This document shows positions 56,909-64,000 of a stretch of 64,000 nucleotides of DNA, piece by piece. The position numbers and the translations under genes were made by a program. The notes beneath the pieces are model-generated. The model made no database searches and was not told where the DNA came from. It was given only the letters and a program-made list of their open reading frames with translations. How positions within the stretch are numbered: position 1 is the stretch's first letter; each line of letters starts with the position of its first letter. Source of the stretch: an uncultured Pseudomonadales bacterium (GTDB taxonomy: Bacteria; Pseudomonadota; Gammaproteobacteria; Pseudomonadales; UBA7434); contig CALSNL010000003.1 in assembly GCA_943787705.1 (NCBI GenBank), positions 390,649-454,648 on the forward strand. The letters run 5' to 3'.

Positions 56909-59081
56909 TCAAAGCTTGCCGTAGTAACCTTCTTTTAAGGCATCATACAAATTCGCAGCCGTATGTGTTTCGCCATCATATTCAATTTCTTCATTACCAC
57001 GCACTTCTACAATTGCGCCATCTTCCAAAGTAAATTGATACAAGGTATTCGCTAAGTCTTTATCTTTAACTAACACGCCTTGAAAAGCCTCTGGGTTAAA
57101 ACGAAAAGTGGTACAGCCTTTTAGACCTTTACTATAAGCATAGGAATAAATATCTTTGAAATTCTCATACGGAATATCAGTAGGCACATTAATGGTTTTA
57201 GATATTGAGGAATCAACCCAATGCTGGGCTGCTGCTTGTACATCTACATGCTGTTCAGGAAGCACACTATCGGCGCTAACAAAATAATCGGGGAGTTGCT
57301 GGCCTGGTTTATCGGTATCGGGCATGGCCGATGCATTCACTCGTGCTCTATACGCCAATAGCTCATATGAACAAACATCAACAGTCTCTTTGCTTTTTTT
57401 ACCTTCACGAATAATATTACGGTTATAGAGATGCGCAAAACTTGGCTCAATACCGTTGCTAACATTGTTACCTAACGATAAAGCAATGGTTCCAGTTGGC
57501 GCTAAAGAACTGTGATGGGTAAACCTTGCGCCAATTTCACTCAACTCCTTTACCAACTCTGGTTCGACCGAAGCAATTATTTGCATATAGCGGCTATAAC
57601 TAGCTATGTAATAGCTTACCCTTAACTGTATCACCCACCGCATAACCGTCGTTCGCCATTTCAGGCCGCATGGCTAACATACTCTTAGTAACGGTAAAAT
57701 CTTCTTCCATTATTGGCGCTGGGCCTTTTTCTTTAGCCAGCTCAAGGCCTGCCCGCCAACCTTCCAAGGCTATTTCGCGGCTCACTTTTTCGGTAAACGC
57801 CACCGATGCTTTACTGCCATAAGTTAAGCCCAGCAATGTCAGTGCAGAACCCAATCCGAGAAACCCTAAACCATGCCGTCGCTTGCGAATAATTTCCTCA
57901 CGCTGTTCTGGCAAAGGCAAGCCATTCAGCTCTACCACGTTATCTAGCATACGAGTAAATACATTCACGACTTCGCGAAAGCGTGACCAATTAAATGAGG
58001 CTTTATCAGTAAATGGGTTATCGACAAAGCGTACTAAATTAATCGAGCCCAGTAGGCAGGCACCATAGGGGGGAAGACCTTGTTCACCACAGGGATTAGT
58101 CGCACGGATATTTTCGCAAAACCAGTTATTATTCATTTGATTGTATTGATCAATCAAAATAAACCCTGGCTCGGCGTAATCATAGGTCGCAGACATAATC
58201 GCTTCCCATAATTCTTGTGCGGGTACTGTCCGATAAATCTTGCAGGCAACCTGCCCTATATCATTCACTACATAGCCTTTTGTCACCGGCCAGTTACGCC
58301 AAAGAACTTTTTCTCTATATTTATCGCAATCAATATCGTCTAAGGAAATATTTTCTGTCTCTAATTCTGATTCACTTATAGGAAAAACTAAGGGCCAATC
58401 ATCGCCCTTTTCAACCGCCTGCATAAAGTCTTCGGTAATTAATAGTGATAAATTAAATTGTCGTAAGCGCCCATCTTCACGCTTTGCTTGAATAAACTCA
58501 AAAACATCGGGATGACCCACATCAAAGGTGGCCATTTGCGCTCCGCGTCGGCCACCCGCCGATGAAATGGTAAAACACATCTTGTCGAAGATATCCATAA
58601 ACGACAACGGCCCTGAAGTACGAGCACCTGCACCTGAAACATAGGCATCTTTAGGTCGCAAGGTTGAAAACTCGTAGCCAATGCCTGCACCGGTTTTTAA
58701 GGTTAAACCCGCTTCATGCAGTTTTTCAAAAACTGAATCAATCGAATCTTCTATAGTTGCAGCTACTGTGCAGTTAATGGTGGATGTTGCGGACTTATAG
58801 GCCTGAGCACCGGCGTTAGAAATAATACGGCCCGCCGGTATGGCACCTTGATGCAATGCCCATAGAAATCGCTGATACCAAAATTCTTGATTTTTTTCGT
58901 CTTCGACCTCGGCTAAAGCACGAGCGACTCGCTGATAGGTCGCATCAATATTTTTATCAACCGGCTCGCCGCTTTTATTCAACAGGCGATACTTCTTCTC
59001 CCAGATATCCAGCGAGGCAGCCTGCATGGCTACCGCTTCTTCTGCATTCTCACTGCTTTTCTCGCCGCTACTCACATTCAT
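56909..59081 (-). pseudogene. nrdJa: Class II ribonucleotide reductase large polypeptide, interrupted by one +1 frameshift (or a sequencing error)
   Basis: Two overlapping ORFs, 57600-59117 and 56909-57643. They carry RNR motifs STINCTV, GAGIGYEFSTLRP, NPCGEQGLPPYGACLLGSINL, and then in the +1 frame SSLAPTGTIAL and SISKTINVP. The span from the ATG at 59081 is 2173 nt, which is 1 mod 3. The junction is at AAGGGTAAGCTATTAC, about 57605-57625. The start could also be the upstream TTG or GTG. Confidence 0.8.
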
Positions 59082-59097
59082 TAATTTGTCCACAACA

Positions 59098-59784
59098 TTA
59101 ACCTCGTTTACGAACAACTTGATAACCCTTGCGAGTTAAATACTTTAGAGGAGCGCTAAGCATGTGCACTAAGCGAGTGAATGGAAACAATAGAAAAATC
59201 GTTAAGCCTAGAAATAAGTGCACTTTAAACACCCATGCTTCGGCTAAAACAAAGTCGGCTGCACCACTTCTAAACGTGACAATATGTTGCGCCCAATTAC
59301 CCAACGCCACCATTGAGCTGCCGTCTAAGTGCTGGGCTGAATAAGGTATGGTGATTAACCCTAAAATTAACTGCACGTATAAGATCAGCAATACCGCAAT
59401 ATCTGTGGGTTTACTGGTTGCGCGAATGCGCGGATCAAACAGCCGTCGGCGTATTAAAATGGTTAAGCCAACAAAACAAATACTGCCAAATATACCGCCA
59501 GCTATCATGGCCATAAGCTGCTTGGTTTGAGCGCTCATCACTAAATGATAAATTGACTCAGGCATAAGTAAGCCCACCAAATGGCCAAAGAATAAAAGGA
59601 TAATGCCAATATGAAATAAATTACTGCCTACCCGCATACCCTTAGCTCGTAATAACTGACTGGAGTCTGCCTTCCAAGTGTATTGATCACGATCGTAACG
59701 AAACATACTACCTACAACCATAATCGTTATTGCAATGTAGGGGTAAATACCAAATAAAAACTGGTTTATAAAGTTTCCCATCAT
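59098..59784 (-). CDS. narI: Respiratory nitrate reductase gamma subunit (cytochrome b)
   Basis: 228-aa polytopic ORF in the last position of narGHJI. Confidence 0.9.
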   Translation of the reverse strand: MMGNFINQFLFGIYPYIAITIMVVGSMFRYDRDQYTWKADSSQLLRAKGMRVGSNLFHIGIILLFFGHLVGLLMPESIYHLVMSAQTKQLMAMIAGGIFGSICFVGLTILIRRRLFDPRIRATSKPTDIAVLLILYVQLILGLITIPYSAQHLDGSSMVALGNWAQHIVTFRSGAADFVLAEAWVFKVHLFLGLTIFLLFPFTRLVHMLSAPLKYLTRKGYQVVRKRG

Positions 59785-60464
59785 AGACCTCCAACAATTT
59801 TAATGGTCTGCTCGTCCATACTCGAACAACTATGGCAATCACTGACTTGCGGATCACCACCAAAGGCTTCTGCTTCTTCCCATTCTTTATCTAATGCATC
59901 CAAGCTAGTGTCTTCGGCATTAACAAAAGCAATGGCGGCTTCGATAATTTTTTTATCCACTTTGGCTTTGGCTAAAACGAGTAAGCTATCGAAGATAAGA
60001 AAATAGTTATTTTCACGCTGTTTTAGCTTGGCACCAATTGAGGCAATAATATTACTGACTTCACCTAATAAGGATTGTGCTTCACTGAAATCACAGAGCG
60101 AGCAATACTCGAGAAACATAGGAAGATAATCAGGCAGCTCTGCTTCGTTAATCAACAATCCTTTTTCTGCATAAACCGATGTTAAGTCCACCATGGCTTG
60201 ACCACGCTCGCGTGATTCGCCATGCACATGCTCAAATAAATGTAAGCAATGGCCACGACCGCGATCAAAGGTTTCAACATAGTCTTCTTGCAGCTCGTAT
60301 ATATCCTTTTTACTATTACTTTCGGCCCAGGCCTGTAACTGTTTAAGCGGCTTCTTTGGTAGAATTTTCTCCTGCTCTAATAGATCTAGCATGGATGGCC
60401 ACAGTGCAACGGTTTCGGGAACCGGATAGGTTAAGAACAACCCCAGTATTTTAAATGTTTTCAT
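59781..60464 (-). CDS. narJ: Nitrate reductase molybdenum cofactor assembly chaperone
   Basis: 227-aa ORF between narH and narI, with 4-nt overlaps on both sides. Confidence 0.88.
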   Translation of the reverse strand: MKTFKILGLFLTYPVPETVALWPSMLDLLEQEKILPKKPLKQLQAWAESNSKKDIYELQEDYVETFDRGRGHCLHLFEHVHGESRERGQAMVDLTSVYAEKGLLINEAELPDYLPMFLEYCSLCDFSEAQSLLGEVSNIIASIGAKLKQRENNYFLIFDSLLVLAKAKVDKKIIEAAIAFVNAEDTSLDALDKEWEEAEAFGGDPQVSDCHSCSSMDEQTIKIVGGL

Positions 60465-62149
60465 AAATCACCTTTCTTTGAACGACTACTCACGGCTTCA
60501 TGATAAATAGGCTTAGCCGTTAGGGGATCACCTTTTCCTGTCTGTCCATTGCTTGGATCTGTCTCTCTATTGTTTGGGTCTGTCTCTCCAGTAATCGGAT
60601 TAACATTAATTGGCTTACCACTCATGGTATTAACAAACTTAACCGGCTCAAATAAACCCGTTTTGCTTTCACCACCAGAGCAGCCATTACCAAAACTAAA
60701 GCCACAAGATGATCGCGTCTCAAAGGCAATATCATTATCGAAAGGCGTATCACCTGCATACTCACGATGATTAGTGGGAATCACATATCTATCTTCATAA
60801 TCGGCTAGCGCCATAATGCGATACATATCGTCTAGCGTTTCTTCTGTAAGCCCCACTTGATCAAGTATGCGCATATCAGTTATGCCATCGACGGTTTTGC
60901 TACGCATAAAACTGCGCATCGCTAACATACGCTCTAAGGCGTGAATAACCGGCTCTTCTTTGCCTGCTGTAAGCATATTGGCGAGATACTTAATCGGAAT
61001 CCGTAAGTCATGAACATTAGGCAGCACACCATTGCTGCGCAGTGCACCAGATTTCGCCGCGCCTTGAATCGGCGACAATGGTGGGATATACCAAACCATG
61101 GGCATGGTGCGATATTCTGGATGCAACGGAAAAGCCACTTTCCAATCTACCGCCATTTTATAGACCGGTGAATTTTGCGCGGCTTCTAGCCAACTGTCGG
61201 GCACACCATCAAGCTTGGCTTGCTTAAGCACCTCAGGATCATGAGGATCAAGAAAAATATCCAATTGCGATTGGTATAAATCTTTTTCATCTTCGACGCT
61301 GGCCGCTGCCGATATTTTATCGGCATCGTAAAGCAATACGCCTAAGTAACGTATACGCCCTACACAGGTTTCAGAACATACAGTGGGCTCGCCGGCTTCT
61401 ATGCGTGGATAACAAAAAGTGCACTTTTCAGATTTACCCGATTCCCAGTTAAAGTAAATTTTCTTGTACGGACAGCCACTCACACACATACGCCAGCCAC
61501 GGCATTTATCTTGATCAATAAGCACAATGCCATCTTCTTCGCGCTTATAGATAGCACCACTCGGACAAGCCGCCACGCAGCTAGGATTTAAGCAATGCTC
61601 ACACAACCTAGGCAAATACATCATAAAAGTATTTTCAAACTGCCCATAAATATCTTTTTCGATATCTTTAAAATTGTAATCTTTGCTGCGCTTAGAAAAC
61701 TCACCGCCTAGAATCTCTTCCCAGTTAGGTCCGGTCACGGGTTTCTCAACCTTTGCACCGGTAATAGCCGAATGAGCACGCGCCGTGGGAGGCGTCTTCA
61801 CTTCTGGTGATTTTTGTAGGCGCTCGTATTCGTAAGTCAGTGGTTCATAGTAATCATCAATTTCTGGTAAGTCGGGATTGGCAAACAGTTTAGACAGCAC
61901 TTTTAACTTGCCGCCAATTTTCGGTTTCAGTTCACCGCTCTTGGTGCGCTCCCAACCACCATTCCATTTTGCTTGATTTTCCCAATCATCGGGATAGCCA
62001 ACGCCGGGCTTAGATTCAACATTGTTAAACCAAGCGTATTCAACCCCGCTACGTGAGGTCCAGACATTTTTACAGGTGACAGAGCAAGTATGACAACCAA
62101 TGCATTTATCGAGATTTAACACCATGCCTATTTGGGCGCGTATCTTCAT
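60461..62149 (-). CDS. narH: Respiratory nitrate reductase beta subunit (Fe-S)
   Basis: 562-aa ORF. N-terminus MKIRAQIGMVLNLDKCIGCHTCSVTCK. Further Cys clusters CEHCLNPSCVAACP and CRGWRMCVSGCPY. Confidence 0.95.
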   Translation of the reverse strand: MKIRAQIGMVLNLDKCIGCHTCSVTCKNVWTSRSGVEYAWFNNVESKPGVGYPDDWENQAKWNGGWERTKSGELKPKIGGKLKVLSKLFANPDLPEIDDYYEPLTYEYERLQKSPEVKTPPTARAHSAITGAKVEKPVTGPNWEEILGGEFSKRSKDYNFKDIEKDIYGQFENTFMMYLPRLCEHCLNPSCVAACPSGAIYKREEDGIVLIDQDKCRGWRMCVSGCPYKKIYFNWESGKSEKCTFCYPRIEAGEPTVCSETCVGRIRYLGVLLYDADKISAAASVEDEKDLYQSQLDIFLDPHDPEVLKQAKLDGVPDSWLEAAQNSPVYKMAVDWKVAFPLHPEYRTMPMVWYIPPLSPIQGAAKSGALRSNGVLPNVHDLRIPIKYLANMLTAGKEEPVIHALERMLAMRSFMRSKTVDGITDMRILDQVGLTEETLDDMYRIMALADYEDRYVIPTNHREYAGDTPFDNDIAFETRSSCGFSFGNGCSGGESKTGLFEPVKFVNTMSGKPINVNPITGETDPNNRETDPSNGQTGKGDPLTAKPIYHEAVSSRSKKGDL

Positions 62150-64000
62150 TGTGCTTGCTCCTTATTCTGAGGTAGACGATCAAATTCATCTGCTTGTCCT
62201 GCTTGTGCAGACCCGCTATCGGCTGGCTCATCTAACCAAGCGATATCCTCCATTTTGCGTACCACAACAAACTCATCTCGGTTACTGCCTACAGTGCCAT
62301 AATAATTAAAGCCATAAGCAAGCTGCGCATAACCACCAATCATATGGGTAGGTTTAACCACCGCGCGGGTTACCGAGTTATGTATACCTCCACGTTTACC
62401 GGTGGTTTCTGCTCCCGGTGTATTAATGATTTTTTCTTGCGCGTGATACATCATGCTCATGCCTTCAGGCACTCGCTGACTCACCACTGCTCGCGCCGCA
62501 ATAGCACCGTTAGTGTTGTAGAGCTCTATCCAATCGTTATCGACAACATCTATTTTTTTGGCATCAATTTCGCTAATCCAGACAATGGGGCCACCACGAC
62601 TCAAGGTCAGCATTAATAGGTTTTCTGAATAAGTACTATGAATACCCCACTTTTGATGCGGCGTAATCCAATTAAGCGTCACTTGCTTATGCCGTTTACC
62701 AGTAGCACCCATAGAGAATTTTTCTTTAACCGGCGCAACGGTTTTAGTATTAATCGGCGGCTTATAAACACATAGCCCTTCGCCAAAATCACGCATCCAA
62801 CTGTGATCTTGATAAAAATGTTGACGGCCCGTTAATGTGCGCCATGGAATCAACTCATGCACATTGGTGTAACCGGCGTTGTAACTCACATGCTCATCTT
62901 CCAAACCGCTCCAAGTGGGCGATGAAATAATTTTTCGAGGCTGAGCTTGTAAATCCCTAAAGCGTAATTTTTCATCGGCTTTAGGTTTAGCCAAATGCGT
63001 ATGGTCACGACCCGTAATTTCACCCAGTGCAGCCCATGCTTTAACCGCCACCTGACCATTGGTCTCTGGCGCCAACGATAAAATCACTTCACTGGCATCT
63101 ATATCGGTTTCAATTCTCGGTAAACCTTTAGAGACGCCCTCTTCAGTCACAGGACGATTTAACGCCGCTAAAAAATCCACCTCATCTTCAGTATTCCAAG
63201 CAATACCTTTACCACCATTGCCAATTTTGCTGAGCAATGGACCGAGTGAGGTAAACTTTTTATAGGTGTTTGGATAATCCCGCTCTACTTCAACAAAGTT
63301 AGGTAGTGTTTTACCCGGAATAGCTTCGCACTCGCCTTTTTTCCAATCTTTAACATCAACCGGCTGTGCTAATTCTCCTGGGGTATCATGCAAAATAGGC
63401 ACGGCAACCACATCAGTTTCAACACCAAGGTGGCCTTCACATAACGCAGAAAATGTTTTGGCTATGCCTTTATAAATATTCCAATCACTGCGGCTCTCCC
63501 AAGCAGGATCAACCGCCCGCGAAAGCGGATGAATAAAGGGATGCATATCTGAGGTATTTAAATCATTTTTTTCATACCAAGTGGCCGACGGTAAAACGAT
63601 GTCGGAGTAAACGCAGGTGGTGGACATTCTAAAATCCAATGTCACAACTAAATCTAACTTGCCTTCTGGTGCTTTATCATGCCAAACCACTTCTTCTGGT
63701 TTTTTTCCACCGGTTTCAGCTAAATCTTCACCCAGCAAACCGTTTTGTGTGCCCAATAAATACTTGAGCATATACTCATGGCCTTTGCCGCTAGAGCCTA
63801 AAATATTGGAACGCCAAATAAACATATTGCGCGGAAAGTTACGTGGCTCATCAGGGTCTTCACAAGAGAACTGTAAGCTACCGCTTTTAAGTTGATCAAC
63901 AATATAGTCGGAGGATTTTTTACCCGCTTGTTTTGCGAGCTTAGTAATTTCTAAGGGATTCTCTTGTAACTGCGGTGCAGACGGTAGCCACCCCATTCGC
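62146..64000 (-). CDS. narG: Respiratory nitrate reductase alpha subunit, C-terminal ~617 codons (gene continues beyond the right edge)
   Basis: The reading frame is open to the window end, so the M at 63996 is internal. Molybdopterin-oxidoreductase C-terminal domains. Overlaps the narH start by 4 nt. Confidence 0.92.
   Translation of the reverse strand, partial: RMGWLPSAPQLQENPLEITKLAKQAGKKSSDYIVDQLKSGSLQFSCEDPDEPRNFPRNMFIWRSNILGSSGKGHEYMLKYLLGTQNGLLGEDLAETGGKKPEEVVWHDKAPEGKLDLVVTLDFRMSTTCVYSDIVLPSATWYEKNDLNTSDMHPFIHPLSRAVDPAWESRSDWNIYKGIAKTFSALCEGHLGVETDVVAVPILHDTPGELAQPVDVKDWKKGECEAIPGKTLPNFVEVERDYPNTYKKFTSLGPLLSKIGNGGKGIAWNTEDEVDFLAALNRPVTEEGVSKGLPRIETDIDASEVILSLAPETNGQVAVKAWAALGEITGRDHTHLAKPKADEKLRFRDLQAQPRKIISSPTWSGLEDEHVSYNAGYTNVHELIPWRTLTGRQHFYQDHSWMRDFGEGLCVYKPPINTKTVAPVKEKFSMGATGKRHKQVTLNWITPHQKWGIHSTYSENLLMLTLSRGGPIVWISEIDAKKIDVVDNDWIELYNTNGAIAARAVVSQRVPEGMSMMYHAQEKIINTPGAETTGKRGGIHNSVTRAVVKPTHMIGGYAQLAYGFNYYGTVGSNRDEFVVVRKMEDIAWLDEPADSGSAQAGQADEFDRLPQNKEQAQ

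Noticed and set aside
14247-59081. Programmed +1 ribosomal frameshifting as an explanation for the pdxJ, ureG and nrdJa interruptions
   Set aside because: The three sites share no slippery heptamer or stimulatory structure. These genes are not known to use recoding. The shared feature is simply one extra base in a CCC, AAA or GGG run, which is the classic homopolymer sequencing-error signature.
59082-59117. Cobalamin riboswitch or other leader upstream of nrdJa
   Set aside because: There is essentially no untranslated space between narI and nrdJa (17 nt or less), which cannot hold a ~200-nt riboswitch.
1-64000. tRNA or rRNA genes, transposases, integrases, prophage or known defence genes
   Set aside because: I scanned all intergenic regions longer than 150 bp by eye and saw no cloverleaf-compatible sequence or rRNA-like stretch. 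No ORF shows DDE, serine or tyrosine recombinase, phage structural, restriction-modification, Cas, or other defence hallmarks. A computational tRNAscan, Infernal or defence-finder run could still overturn this.

Overview
This is a 64-kb chromosomal window from an AT-rich gammaproteobacterium. Gene content and synteny look Alteromonadales-like, but the taxon cannot be proven from sequence alone. All calls come from reading the sequence and the ORF track; no searches were run.

Layout:
- 0-5.7 kb: housekeeping genes (ybgI fragment, degS, yaiI, yfcH-like, dapE, a GGDEF cyclase).
- 5.75-6.85 kb and 24.15-25.2 kb: two ~1.05-kb non-coding islands. They are built from one structured repeat family with the core hairpin GTCGGGGGTGGCCCGAC, present 8 times. 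The islands have mirror-image architecture and bracket 17 kb of core genes (rluB, scpBA, yciO, trpH-like, yciB, yciI, an SH3 protein, a cyclophilin, pdxJ, ydeP-like, folD and others).
- 25.2-34.3 kb: a same-strand block of RND adaptor, RND pump, MFS, two SDRs, a patatin-like lipase and a YehS-like gene.
- 34.6-36.5 kb: ald and lrp, divergently arranged.
- 36.8-37.5 kb: a porin gene broken by many frameshifts.
- 37.9-54.4 kb: a nitrogen-scavenging supercluster. It holds a hybrid histidine kinase and a LuxR-type response regulator, urtABCDE, formamidase fmdA/fmdB, and ureDABCEFG. Almost every intergenic spacer here carries its own short AT-rich tandem repeat array.
- 54.5-64 kb: one minus-strand gene string of narG (partial), narHJI, a split class II ribonucleotide reductase (nrdJa/nrdJb), an uncharacterised radical SAM enzyme, and a TerB-like/BRCT protein.

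Three otherwise intact genes (pdxJ, ureG, nrdJa) each carry one +1 frameshift at a 3-nt homopolymer. This pattern fits sequencing over-calls better than true decay.

No tRNA, rRNA, CRISPR array, transposase, integrase or recognisable defence system was seen.

The best candidates for something undescribed are:
- the structured repeat/MITE-like family;
- the radical SAM + TerB/BRCT pair attached to nar-nrdJ;
- the sensor-less two-component system, with its overlapping micro-ORF, next to the urea/amide genes.
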